The notes beneath the pieces were generated by a model, which saw only the letters and a program-made list of their open reading frames with translations, was not told the DNA's origin and made no database searches. From Prorocentrum cordatum (Eukaryota), in NCBI GenBank assembly GCA_963575745.1, contig CAUYUJ010000129.1, forward strand, positions 62,001-117,811: a DNA stretch of 55,811 nt, written 5' to 3'. Made by a program: the position numbers and the translations under genes. The stretch's first letter is position 1, and each line of letters begins with the position of its first letter. Of the stretch, positions 1 to 55,811 are shown piece by piece.

Positions 1-718
1 CCGCGGCGCAGCCCCAGGAGCAGCTCGCTTCCGGGGCCTCCGCCAAGGGCCTGCGCGCTTCCGCCCCGGGAAGCGGCGCGCCGGGGGGGGGGGACCTCAG
101 CGGGCTGGCGCCCCCTGTCGCTTCCGAGAGGGGAGCCATGAGCACCGGCACGGGTGGACCTAAACGGTGTTTGGGCGATGGCGCGGGCCGTTATCGTTTC
201 GGCTTCGTTCAGCGGTGGGGGCGGATGGAAGACGGAACGATGGGAAACGAGAGCCAACGGAAACGAAAGACACCGGTCAGGTTCAGCCCTGATCGCCGGT
301 GGGAGTTGAATCGGCATGGTCCTTGGCCCCTCCACGAGTCGACTAGACGCAGGAGTGACCTTTCGCCGGAGTGACCATTGGTGCGGGCCCACGGGGGTCC
401 CCCGATCGCCGCGCTCGTTGCGATATTAGCGTTTTGCGCGCTCGTGTTTGGTCCCCCGGCGGCCCTCACAAAGCCGCGCACCAAAGGGCACTCTTACCCA
501 GGGTCACTCTTACGCGCAGCCGAACGAGAGCGCACATCCGAAGCATCAGTTCCGAACTCGACGCCCAGCAGAGCGCAGTGCTTCAAGCGGACGCCATCCG
601 AGGACACGGCGCCCCTTTCGGGATACCTGCCACGGCGCCCGCGGAGGTCGGAAACCAACACCGAGGGGATGTGGACAAGGCCCTTAGCTCTTAAGCTTCG
701 TGGGGGGGGACTGCCTTA

Positions 719-870
719 GGGGAACAACAAGTGACATAAACATAAAAACTCGGAGGTCCGCGCGGATTTCTCGGATCGGCGCTGGGGCCCCCTGGCGGCG
801 CCGCCAGCGCCGATCCGAGAAATCCGCGCGGACCTCAGAGTTTTTATGTTTATACCAGTTATTGTTCCCC
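719..870. mobile_element. Foldback MITE flanked by TA (Tc1/mariner-Stowaway-like)
   Basis: TA|GGGGAACAA...ATAAACATAAAAACTC.GAGGTCCGCGCGGATTTCTCGGATCGGCGCTGG, and its near-perfect inverse ending TTGTTCCCC|TA. Looser relatives with the TCCGCGCGGA core lie at about 11390-11580 and 44586-44737. Confidence 0.8.
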
Positions 871-2536
871 TATGCCTGACGCGGCGTGACCCCGAAAACC
901 TAGAATCTTCCTCATCCAGAAGGTGTTGCGGATCCGAGACCAGCTGCCCCTCGGCCGAGAGCGTGGTAGTTGGGCGCCGCGCCAGAGGGGCTTGAATTCC
1001 AGAGTGGGCATCCTCAGCTTTGTGATCAAGCTTATCAATCGGCCACGCGTTCCAGTTTTTCTTTACGACCTTTTGGTAGTTCTTGCTGCAGGCCGCGAGA
1101 ACCCCGCGCTGCCTGTCAAACAAACGAAGCCAACATGCAAGAACTAAACGCCCCCCTCGTTCGAAGCTGCAAAGAAACGCGGCGACCGATTTCGTCTGAG
1201 AAACCGCGCCCGATAACGGCATCGGCGTGTGTCGGGTGCCCAAGGGAAGCAACTGGTCTTCCCCAGGCTCATGGCTTGGATCCTTCAAACGGTCACGCTC
1301 GGCGCAGTCGAGGAATTCGCCGGGAGCATTCACTTGCGCCTCTCTCGCCTGAGGCGTCATAAGAAATTGGCGGGAGTCCAGGACGGCAGAGCGCGGCTGG
1401 TCTTCACAGCCAGACGCCAATTCTGGCTGAGCATCGCAGTGAGCCTGAGGACCCGAGGAGGAGGGGCCCTCTAGATTCGACATCATATCAACGTTCAAGT
1501 AAATAGCCCTTTATCAGAGGTTTCCCCGAAAGCACTGTCGGCACTAGTAGTCGAGACAACAGGCTGACCAACCCTCCTCTCCTTCCACGCATTTTTCAAG
1601 AACTTTCTTGATGGCCTGATCGTGGGCAAGGTTGTTCCCCTTAAGCTGCTTGGGGACCCAACTTGAACAGAGGATTGCGGCAAAAGCGTCCTCAACCATT
1701 CGGTCCTGAGAGGCAGGGAGTTCACCTCGAATTTGCGAAGGCCTTGAAGCGGGAACACACCCACCTCATGGCCCTCAGCTCGGGATAGCGGCAAGTCTTG
1801 TTGTCCTTCCTCACAGTGGATTTACACACAACCGGCGGACCCTTACCCTTGGACCCCAAGACCGCCAGGTTCTCCCCCAATCTAGTGACCAACGCTCCTT
1901 CGGAACGGTCGGCCCACTGTTTGTCGGCAAGGTTGAGGTTCCTGGAAACTTCTGCAGCATCATCAGACTGTAAGAGCTGTTCCATATTTGTCCCAAGGAA
2001 AACACCTTGCCTGGGGGCGACTCCAGGCGGCAGAACAACAGGGAGGGAATGGGGGCTTCCTGAACCCCAAAGTTTGGAGACGGCACATCTGTGTATGGAA
2101 CTTGAGGTCCGCCGCGAACTCGTCCTCGCCCTCCTCCCCCTCCTCCTCCTCCTCCTTTTCCTCCTCCTTTTTCCTCCTCCCCCTCCCCCTCCTCCCCCCC
2201 CCCTCCTCCTCCCTCCTTCTCCTCCTCCTCCTCCTCCTCTCCTCCTCTCCTCCCTCCTCCTCCTCCTCCTCCTCCGCTCCTCCCTCCCCCTCCCCTCCCT
2301 CCCCCCCCCCCTCCCTCCCTCCCCCCCCCCCCTCCCTCCCGCTCCCTCCCCCCCCCTCCCTCCGTTCCCTCCGCTCGTCGGGGCCGGTGGCGGGCGGAGG
2401 ACGCCGCCCAGCCCGTGGAGTGCCAGCGTGCCCCCTCTGGGGGCTCCGCGCCGCGGCCCCTCCCGCGGGCTCCCGCCGGCTTCCGGGAGGCCGCCGCCTC
2501 TGAGCGCTGGCCCTGCGTCGTCGACGTCGTCGCCGC

Positions 2537-2569
<33 letters not shown>

Positions 2570-2616
2570 TGGCCATCTACCGTGTCGGGGGGGAGGGAAG
2601 GGGGGAGGAAGATGAA

Positions 2617-3000
2617 TGAGGAGGAGGAGGAGGAGGAGGAGGAGGAGGAGGAGGAGGATGAGGAGGAGGAGGAGGAGGGGTACGAGGAGGAGGAGGAGGA
2701 GGAGGAGGAGGAGGAGGAGGAGGAGCAGGAGCAGGAGCAGGAGAAGGAGGAGGAGGAGGAGGAGCATAGACATAAGGACGAGGAGGAGAAGGAGGAGGAG
2801 TAGGAGGAGGAATCGCAGGAGGGAGTGGGACAACCGTGATGAGGGCGACATGCGACGACTGGGAGAAGGAGGACGACGACGAGCTGGAGCGAGGGCGGAG
2901 GCAGGATATAGATTTGGGAGAGAAGGAGGAGGAGGCGGAGGAGGTGGAGGAGGTGGTGGAGGAGGAGGAGGAGGAGGAGGAGGAGGAGGAGGAGGAGGAG
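2617..3000. repeat. (GAG)n microsatellite; one of many GAG/CTC tracts
   Basis: Direct reading. Confidence 0.95.
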
Positions 3001-3318
3001 CAGCAGCAGCCAGTGGAGGAAAGAACAGGACGAGAAGATGGTGCTATTCGGGTCCGACCGAGCAGACTTCGGCCGCCGCGCGGGGCCCGGGGCTGGGACC
3101 GGAAGCGTGTGCACTGCGCAGGGGAGGGACGATGACGAGGACGCCCGAAATGGGTACGGAAAGAATGGGTACAGTGCCCAGCAGCAGTTCTGATACCCAG
3201 TGAGTGGCAACCTCGTGGGTGTCCGCGCTTCTCCCTCGGGCAGACCTCCGTGGCCGTTTCGGCTCCAGGTCTTCGGCGATCCGCTCGCTGCCTGGTTTTG
3301 CTGTCGCGCCTGCGTTCT

Positions 3319-3691
3319 GGACGCCCGAACTGGGTGCGGAAAGAATGGGTACAGTGCCCAGCAGCAGTCCCTGCTCATCTTGAGCAGGGTTCGTGGTCCG
3401 CGCCGCCGCGGCCCGTGTCCACCCGAGACGGAGGGCCGCCTGCCCAACAGCGGCCGCTGTTGGTTTGGGACAACATTTGCTGTTGGGCATCGTACCCGTT
3501 CTTTCAGGAGGGGAAAAAACACACAGACACAATTAATCGGCGATTCCCAGAAAATATGGGAAAATATGGGAAGTGGGGGGAAAACAAAAACCCAGAAAAT
3601 ATGGGAAACTATGGGGGATACTTTGATTTGTGTGTATTTATTTGTGTGTCCCAGTTCCCCTTCAGTTCTTTCCGTACCCCTCTCGGGCCCC
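3319..3691. mobile_element. MITE with ~45-bp TIRs, right TIR interrupted by the 160-bp element; extra left-arm copy at about 3139-3190
   Basis: Left arm GCCCGAACTGGGTGCGGAAAGAATGGGTACAGTGCCCAGCAGCA is the inverse of TGCTGTTGGGCATCGTACCCGTTCTT[insert]TCCGTACCCCTCTCGGGC. Confidence 0.65.
3504..3664 (+). mobile_element. 160-bp dispersed element, copy 1 (TCAGG...TTCA, TSD GTTCTT)
   Basis: TCAGGAGGGGAAAAAACACACAGACACAA...AAAATATGGG repeats...TGTGTGTATTTATTTGTGTGTCC; five copies in window. Confidence 0.8.
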
Positions 3692-3890
3692 CAGAGATGA
3701 TGAGGACGGGAGGGGAGGCGGGAAGAGAGGGGCGCTGGGCCCCTGCCCTCGGGCGTCGTCCCTCCTCTCTGCGGGCCCCCCTCCTGTCCCGAGGAGGGTC
3801 TGCTTGGCTCGTGTCGCTGCAGTCGGGCGGAAGCCGCTCGGCCGCTCGACGTGCGAACCTCGGCCACCGCTCGTCTTGCCCAGTGTGTTT

Positions 3891-4600
3891 TCACCTCCTG
3901 TCGCGAACCGCCTGGCTCCAGTCGCCCAGGGGGTGGTTGTCCAAGGCTGCGTTCAGCGGGAGTTTCGTCCTGCGGCCGCGGTCCTCCCACGCGTCGTCAG
4001 GGTGCAAGATCCACCCCACCATGCGTCGCAGCGTGCGACGCTGCACAACGTCCAAGCGACGGCCCAGAGACTTGTTTGCTTGAAAGTCACTTGTGAAGCA
4101 TACGCCGAGGTATTTGTGCTTGGAGTCCGCGTGCAGAGTGTCTATGGCGCCGCTCTCTGTGATCACCTGGTTATCCTGCTTGATGGACTCCGTCGTTATG
4201 ATTTTTTCTTTGCGTCCAACTCCAGTCAAAGGGCCAAGCTCAAGCGACATATTCGAGCATTGGCACACCCTCGTCCAATGACTGTGCGAATATTAATACA
4301 CATGTACATATATATATATATATATATATATGTCATCCGCGTAGCCGGCGTTCGTCAGCCGAGCGTCGTCTTAATTTGTTGTCAAAGCGAACCCCTGTGG
4401 TCAGTCAGCCTTGATTCCATTTGTCAATTGCCCCCTCCAGCGCCGCGTTGAACAGGACGGGGCCGAGCACGTCTTCCTGTCGGTCGCCCTGCTTGATGGA
4501 AAAACGTAGGTCCCATCTGCCCATCATACAGCCTTTGGAGCAGATGTTCTCCCAGACCTTGCTGTTCCAGTGAGCGGAAAAAGGTGTCATGCTCCACGTG
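3891..4600 (-). pseudogene. Decayed non-LTR retrotransposon reverse transcriptase fragment
   Basis: RFSIKQGDRQEDVLGPVLFNAALE (GVRQGDxLSPxLF-like), HKYLGVCF and LDVVQRRTLRRMVGW; frameshifted. Confidence 0.75.
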
Positions 4601-5339
4601 GTCGAAGGTTTTTCAAACCAATGCTCACACCCAGACAGGAACGTGCCACTCGATCCCCTTAGATATCACAGACTCAAGCACAGTAAGAGCATGTAGAGTT
4701 GAGCGCGCAGACCGGAAAAACCGAACTGATCTTCTGATTGTTGGGAGTCGAGGCGCCTCCTTATCCAGCCGTGCACGGCCCTTGCGAAGATGCCTAGAGT
4801 CGCGATGGGTCTCCAATTGTTTGGGTGTTCCACGTCTCCCCCCCCCTCCTCCTCCTCCTCCTCCTCCTCCTCCTCCTCCTCCTCCTCCTCCTCCCCCTCC
4901 TCCTCCTCCTCCTCCTCCCCCTCCTCCTCCCCCTCCTCCTCCTTCTCCTCCTCCTCGGGCGTGCCCCTCTACAGGAGGACTGCTCAGAGGCAGTCCATGC
5001 AAGAGTCTGGGGCCGATGTGCCGATGCTTCCCTGGTTATATTGCTGGTGCTTCCTGGGCTGTTCTTCACTGCCTCTTCCGAAGTCCGCCTGCAGGAGGAC
5101 CTGCCGAACCTCAGAGCAGACTCGTGCCACATGCCCCGCGCGCTTTGCAATGTCTGGGCACGCGACGCGCGCGCGCGCTTGTTGGGTGGAGACGCTCCCT
5201 GGCTTGCTGGGTTCTTCACGTCCTCAACTGAGCACGAGGATGCCTGAATCGTCCTCCTACTCCTCCTTCTCCTCCTCCTCCTTCCTTCCTCCTCCTCCTC
5301 CTCGCGTCATTGATACTGCTGGTGCGAACTGCCTGGGGA

Positions 5340-5755
5340 CACCAGCCCCAATCCACATGTCGCCAGTTTCTGCGGCGCCGTTTCGCCCACCTCCTCGTGG
5401 GTGGCGGGACGGAAACACGGCAATGCGCAGCCCGATGTTCGGATCTCAACCCCAAGAACAGACCTGCCGACCCACGCGCGACCGGGAGGCCAGAATACAC
5501 TAAGCAATGGTTGATCGTTCGTTTTTGCCCCAACGAGCCCTTGAAAGTCCAAGCGTTTTCTGGATCCATATGCTCTGGGCCATTGCAGATGTCCAGCCCA
5601 GGCTCTGTTGTGGCCTCCTGCAACGCATCTCCACGCCAACCACGGTCTGTCTCTGAATTGAAGTCGCCCCCCCAGAGGCATCTCATTTCACGTTGGTGAG
5701 GACCAGAGTAAAACCACGGTGAATCAACAATGCTGCAACACACCCTATCGACCAA
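5340..5755 (-). pseudogene. Decayed LINE apurinic-like endonuclease (APE) fragment, probably the same element as 3891-4600
   Basis: WGGDFNSE...WTFKGSLGQKRTINHCLV...LRSEHRA matches the GDFN / T..IDY / SDH motifs; lies upstream of the RT on the same strand. Confidence 0.75.
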
Positions 5756-5849
5756 AGTCTCCTGCTCATAAGTCCCTACACGCCTTCCGTTTCACTACAC
5801 CTTGAAAGTTACGGGCTTGCGCCCCGTTTTCAAACGGAATTGCCTTGCA

Positions 5850-6160
5850 TCATCACTCTAGAGTACGGAGTGCGAAATAGGTATGATCATACAGTTCAGC
5901 GAGGTGTCTAACGGGATCCCAGTTTTGAAAAAGGACCGCCTCCACCGGTTTGACTGATGCCAGCATCACATTTCTCGTCATGAACTTCGAGGAGGTCTCA
6001 ATCGAGGGCCCCATTCAGCCATCCTCCGTCCTTGTAATTGTTCCAAGCGTTGAAGACTATTGTTCGCAACCCGTAGGCGAGAGCCCCATGTTGAAGATGA
6101 CCCCCTCCATACGCGTAACTGTTCTTAATTTCAAGCTTCAGGATCATCAGTGGTGAAGAC
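5850..6160 (-). pseudogene. Decayed LINE fragment related to 34340-35355
   Basis: Shares TAGGCGAGAGCCCCAT(G/C)TTGAA...CCCTCCAT with about 34463-34501. Confidence 0.4.
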
Positions 6161-6558
6161 GTCTCAGGCGAATCGCCCGCCCCGCCCTACCGCCGCGTCT
6201 GGGGGTGCGACAGGGTGGAGGTATCCAACATGATGAGGGGTGGATGATGCGGAAGGGGGATCAGCATGAGGAGGAGAAGGAGGAGGATTATGAGGAGTTG
6301 GAGAAAGAGGAGCACGAGGAGGAGGAGAAAGAGGAGGAGGAACAAGAGGAGGGATACTAATGATAAACATAGCAGTGATGATAAGCAAGCGAAACATAGT
6401 ACTACTAGTAATACTAATACATAGTCGCAGTAATAGTAAACATAGTAGTAATACGAAACATGACAATAATACCAGCAAGCACACTAATACTTAGGAAGGC
6501 AGTAATAACCATCATAATGCTATTATTCGGTATTACAAACATTTAACACGAATAACAT

Positions 6559-7366
6559 TACCTATACGACCACCCTTCGGGTGATACGGAGGTGAGGGGG
6601 GGGGAAGGGACCAACGTCGCACTCGATCGATCTTACTATCGAACTCACTACCGATCTCACAATCGATCTCAATCGATCGATCTCACAGTCGATCTGACTA
6701 TCGATCTCACAATCGATCTCACAATCGATCTCACAATCGATCTCACATTCGGTCTCGCTATTGATCTCACAATCGATCTCACAATCGATCTCACAATCGA
6801 TCTCACATTCGATCTGACTATCGATCTAACTATCGAACTCACTTTGGATCTCATTATCGATCTACATTCGGTCTCACTACCGATCTCACTATCGATATCA
6901 CAACCGATATCACAATCGATCTCACATTCGGTCTCACCATCGATCTCACTATCGAACTCACTATCGATCTCATTATCAATCTCAATCGATCGATCTTACA
7001 ATTGATCTGACGATCGATCTCACAATCGATCTCACAATAGATCCCACTATCGATCTCACATTCGGTCTCACTGTCGATCTCACTATCGATATCACAATCG
7101 ATCTCACAATCGATCTCCCATTCGGTCTCACAATCGATCTCACTACCAATACCACTATCGATCTCACAATCGATCTCACAATCGATCTGACATTCGGTCT
7201 CACGCTCGATCTCACAATCGATATCACTATCGATCTCACTATCGATCTCACATTCGACCTCACTATCGATCTCACTACCGATCATCAAAATATAACACCA
7301 ACATCATCATCACAATCATCATCAACAACATCAACATCAACATCATCATCATCCTCCTCCTCCTCC

Positions 7367-7414
<48 letters not shown>

Positions 7415-7773
7415 ACATCATCATCATCATCATCATCATCATCATTATCATCATCATCATCGGGTCACCGACGGGACACCGGCGGGACACCGGCGGGACA
7501 CCGCGGGGCCCCGGCCGCCCGGAAGGGAGACATTTGATCCGGCCGCGCCTCAGCCACACGGGACACCAGCGGGACACCGGCGGGACACTGCGGGGCCCCG
7601 GCCGCCCAGAAGGGAGACATTTGGTCCGGCCGCGCCTCAGCCACAGGAGACTTTCCTCTCGCCCGCCCACGCAGCTTCGCCTCGCCCGCACGGCACGCAC
7701 GAACACGAAACCGAAGTCGATTTCCCGGTAGGGGGCTCTCCGTTCCACTTCGATCTCACCCCTTCACCTCCGA
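6559..7773 (-). mobile_element. ~1.2-kb non-autonomous element with internal GATC satellite (Helitron-like), copy 1
   Basis: Both termini match 35369-36546 in inverted orientation; internal 12-mer TCGATCTCAC(A/T)A array and 11-mer CGGGACACCGG units. Confidence 0.7.
6622..7283. repeat. 12-bp GATC-rich minisatellite (TCGATCTCACAA/TA)n
   Basis: Visible tandem array; its inverse is at about 35696-36480. Confidence 0.95.
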
Positions 7774-8175
7774 TGGGTAACACCAATACTAATACAACTG
7801 AATAACCTGAGGAGGAGGAACAAGAAGCAGAGAAGGAGGCAAAGGGGGAACAGGAGGAGGAGGAGGAGGAGGAGGAGGAGGAGGACAACGAAGAGAAGGT
7901 GGAAAAGGGGGAAACGCAAGAGGAGGAGGAGGAGGAGGAGGAGGAGGAGGAGGAGGAGGAGGAGGAGGAGGAGGAGAGTAGACAGGAGTTTGTCCAATAG
8001 GCTGTTTTATGCTGCGCAGGGGCGAGCGCCTCCTGGCCGTTTCATCGCCAGCTCACGAGCAGAAGCGGCGCCTTCCCCGCGCCACGCACGGCGTCTCGCG
8101 CAGTGCTTTTCTTTCGACGCAGGCGTGAAATCCCCGGGCCCAGCGCGCGGGCGATGCGCATCGGCGGCGAGCGAG

Positions 8176-8351
8176 GGGGGGAAACGAGAAGGAGAAGGCC
8201 CCCTCAGAAGGCGGCGGGACTTCTCGGGAGCCCCCGCGCCTTGCGGGAATGGTTCTCTGTCTTCGGGGAAGGCTTAGAAGAGACAACTTTGCAGAAGGCC
8301 AGGGGACTTCTGAGCCTTCTGAGAAGGCCTTCTCCTTCTCACTTCTCCCCC
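8176..8351. mobile_element. MITE with GAGAAGGAGAAGGCC TIRs; second copy inverted at about 51111-51283
   Basis: GAGAAGGAGAAGGCC...GGCCTTCTCCTTCTC in both copies, with homologous interiors. Confidence 0.65.
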
Positions 8352-9157
8352 GCGCTCGCCGCCAAGCGTAGGGAAGGGGAGGCAGTAGGTGCGGGAGGGC
8401 CAGGGAGGAGGAACAGGCCGAGCAGGCGGAGGATGCGGAGGAGGAGCAGGAGCTGATGAGAGCGAGGACCAGGGGGAGGAGGAGGAGGAGGAGGAGGAGG
8501 AGGAGGAGGAGGAGGAGGAGGAGGAGGAGGAGGAGGAGGATACCAGGGAGGAAAGGGAGGAGGAGGAGGAGCAAGAGGAGGAGGAGGAGGAGCAGCAGGA
8601 GGAGGATGAGGAGGAGAAGGAGGAGGACGAGTGGCGGTGGCCCCATACTCACCCCTCTTCGATGTTGTGATGATTGAGGTTATGATGGCTCGCCGTTCTT
8701 CCCTCCTCATTCTGCCTGTCTTCTTTTTCTTGTACTAAGGATCTCCTACAGCCGGTGGCAACATCCAATCCCCCAGGGCCGACCAGCCTTGGGGGGGAGG
8801 CCGCGTGCGACGAACCCTCAGGCCTTCAGGAGCCAGGAACCAGGAGGAGGATGAGCAGGAGGAACCGATGTTTCGCGAATTCTGTGGCTACTGGACTGCA
8901 CGGCGTGGATTTCGCACGTGGAGCGCCGTCATTCCCGCGACGGCCCTGGCCGCTGCGGGTGGAGAGGGAGGGGGATAAGGGGGCAGGTGGAGGAGGGAAT
9001 GGGAGGAAGGCCATGCGGAGGAAGAGGAGGCACGGGAGGTGCACGAGCAGGAGGTGGAGAGAGGCTGGCCCTGGGGGGCCTCACAGACGTGTCCGTCCCG
9101 CGGCCTTGGAGGGGCTTGGCGCAGTTGTCGCACCGGCGCCCCCGCCTGCCCCCGCAG

Positions 9158-53507
<44,350 letters not shown>

Positions 53508-53574
53508 GCGGCTCGATCTACACTGAGATCTGGGCAGGATGGGGAGAGGATGATAGCAGGAATATGATGTTGAT

Positions 53575-53580
53575 CCTCCT

Positions 53581-53614
<34 letters not shown>

Positions 53615-54352
53615 CTCCTCGTCCTCCTCCTCCTCCTCCTCCCTTCTCTTTCTCCTCTTCCCTCCCTCCTCCCTCCTCCCTCCTCCCTCCCCTCCCTCCT
53701 CCCCCCCCCCCTCCTCCTCCTCCTCCTCCTTCTCCTCATCCTCCTCCTCCTCCTCTCCTCCTTCTCCTCCTCCTCCTCCTCCTCCGCCTCCTCCTCCTCC
53801 TCCTCCTCCTCCTCCTCCTCCTCCCGCCTTCTCTTTTCTCCTTCTTCCCTCCTCCTCCCTCCTCCCTCCTCCCTCTCCCTCCTCCCTCCTCGCCTCCTCC
53901 TCCTCGCTCCTCCTCCTCCTCCTCCTCCTCGCTCCTCCCCCTTCCTATCCCTCCCACCCTCCCTCCCTCCACTCCCTCCCTCCTCCCTCCCCCCTCCCTC
54001 CCTCCCTCCCTCCCTCCCTCCCTCCCTCCCTCCCTCCCTCCCCCTCCTCCTCCTCACTCCTCCTCCGCCTCCTCCTCCCTCCATCCTCCTCCTCCCTCCC
54101 TCCCTCCCTCCCTCCCTCCCTCCCTCCTCCCCCCTCCTCCCTCCCTCCCTCCCTCCTCCCTCCCTCCCTTCCCTCCCTCCCCTCCTCCTCCTCCTCCTCC
54201 TCCTCCTCCTCCTCCTCCTCCTCCTCCTCCTACCTCCTCCTCCGCTTCCTTCTCTTCCCTTCTCTTTTTCTCCACTTCCCTACCTCTCCCTCCTCCCTGA
54301 GTTCCTCCTTCTCCTCCTCCTCCTCCTCCTCCTCCTCCTCCTCCTCCTCCCC
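53575..54352. repeat. Polypyrimidine (CTC/CCCT)n field
   Basis: Direct reading. Confidence 0.95.
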
Positions 54353-54451
54353 CTAGCGCCAGCTCGCCCGAGCCTCCCGCTCGCCCCGCCGAGCCCGCGC
54401 CACGGGGCCCCCCGCTCCGCCTCCGCCTCCTCCTCTTCCCCAGCGGCCGGG

Positions 54452-55384
54452 ATGGCGGCGCCTGCGGAGGCGACGCCGCGCCGGCGGCCGAACCGCACGG
54501 CAGCAGGGCGGCGCGCCCAATACCGGAGGGCGGACGCCCGGGCCGCCGCGCGCCTCCTCGGCGCCTTCGCGGAGGTCGCCAGTCACCGTGGCTCAGCGAC
54601 CTCCCGCTTCGGCGCGGCCCTCGTGTCGGCGCTGGAGGCCTTGCAGTGCGGCGGCGGTGGTGCACCGGCCGCAGCTGGCGGGGGCGAGCCCACCGCGCCC
54701 GCGGCGGAGGTCGCAGCAACAGCCGAGAGGGAAGCGCACGCGACGGCGGAGGGCGACGAGTTCGGCCTCCGCGATCCTCGCGGCGCTGTTCGAGATCCCG
54801 AGCCTGCATGCGGGGAGAGCGATTGTCTGGAGCGCGGAGAAGGCACTGCTGCAGTGCCAATGGCCGCTGGCGCCGAGAGCGCTGATCCAGGGCCCCTTCG
54901 GGGGATGACTGCCCGCCCAGGGGACGCCGAGGCGGGCCTGCAGGGCAGCGCGGCGCCCGTGCGGCTCCTCGCCACGGCGGCGACGGCGGACGTGGCGGCG
55001 GCGGCGCACGCCCTCGCAGCGGCGGAGACGCAGCTCGCCGCCGTGGAGGCCGAGCTGGCACCCCGCCCATCGGCGGCAGACGTGGCGAGCTTCGACGCCC
55101 CGCTCGCGCCCGACGGCGAGGACGCCAACCAGCTGGCACGCAGGGCACCGAGACCCGCGAAGGCAGCCCCCTTGGCCCGTGCTCGGCAGAAACCGCCCCT
55201 CGACCTGGCGGCTGCGGCGGCGGCGGCCGCGGTCCGCCAGCACCACCTCAAGGCGGGGGCGACGGCCGAGCGGCTTCAGCGCGAGCGCGACCTCGCCGCG
55301 GCGGAGCGGGAGCTCGCCGTCCTGGAGGCCGAGATGGCGCGGGCAGGGCTCAGCGGAGGGGACAGACAGCCAGCCTCGGGCTGA
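54452..55384 (+). CDS. Orphan 310-aa Ala-rich ORF (MAAPAEATPRRRPNRTAAGRRAQYRRADARAAARLL...HRGS), probably retroelement-associated
   Basis: Stop-free after the microsatellite, gggATGg context, helical N-terminus, duplicated coiled-coil motif; followed by a 26-bp direct repeat and (CACTC)3. Confidence 0.45.
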   Translation: MAAPAEATPRRRPNRTAAGRRAQYRRADARAAARLLGAFAEVASHRGSATSRFGAALVSALEALQCGGGGAPAAAGGGEPTAPAAEVAATAEREAHATAEGDEFGLRDPRGAVRDPEPACGESDCLERGEGTAAVPMAAGAESADPGPLRGMTARPGDAEAGLQGSAAPVRLLATAATADVAAAAHALAAAETQLAAVEAELAPRPSAADVASFDAPLAPDGEDANQLARRAPRPAKAAPLARARQKPPLDLAAAAAAAAVRQHHLKAGATAERLQRERDLAAAERELAVLEAEMARAGLSGGDRQPASG

Positions 55385-55811
55385 GAGCTCCTAATGGGGA
55401 GCAGGCCCCATACCCTGGATGGGAGCCCTACGGGGCATACCTGGGGGAGGGGCCGCTGCAGCCAGCATCGTGGGCTTCGCGGAGGACACAGCCCGCATTT
55501 TGCGGAGAGCTCCTAATGGGGAGCAGGCCCGCGAGGCCGCCTTGCGAGGCGTAAGCCCTCGCGGTCGGGTGGGCGGGGGGTTGGCCACTCACCACGTCCC
55601 CCTGTCGGTGGGGCCCCCCGCCCAGCGCCGCGCCTGTGAGCGCGCCGCAGCGTCCGCGGTGCGCGGACGGCCCAGGGCGGCGGGATCACTCGTTCGCCTT
55701 TGGGTTTGCCACTCCACTCCACTCCTCCTCCTCCCCCTTCTCCTCCTCCCCCTCCTCCTCCTCCTCCTCCTCCTCATCCTCCTCCTCCCTCCTCCTCCTC
55801 CTCCTCCTCCT

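Noticed and set aside
900..2100. Non-repetitive minus-strand ORF pieces, possibly transposon debris
   Set aside because: No recognisable motif; broken frames
6622..7283. CRISPR-like regular repeat
   Set aside because: Contiguous 12-mers without unique spacers; no cas genes; eukaryotic context
1..9157. Upstream exons or start codon of the alveolin-like gene
   Set aside because: No VP-repeat, GC3-biased segment found by eye; a non-repetitive micro-exon could have been missed

Overview
Eukaryotic, GC-rich, repeat-saturated genomic DNA, most likely dinoflagellate (Prorocentrum-like). This is inferred from GC/GA/GT donor usage, AG|G junctions and micro-exons. Almost all long ORFs in the supplied track are microsatellite artefacts ((GAG)n, (GAT)n, (CA)n). 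The real gene is hidden: twelve 33-120 nt, all phase-0 exons on the + strand (9158-53507) splice into a continuous 261-aa V/P/E/Q/I/K-rich alveolin/IMC-type cytoskeletal repeat protein. 251 of its 261 codons end in G/C, and both ends of the gene appear to lie outside the window. The introns (0.4-11.3 kb) and flanks hold decayed non-LTR retrotransposons (APE/RT and CRE-like REL types). They also hold two intact-looking orphan ORFs at apparent retroelement 3' ends, several MITE/foldback families, a 160-bp TSD-flanked element in 5 copies, and a ~1.2-kb Helitron-like element carrying a GATC satellite. All coordinates and translations were read by eye; no searches were run.
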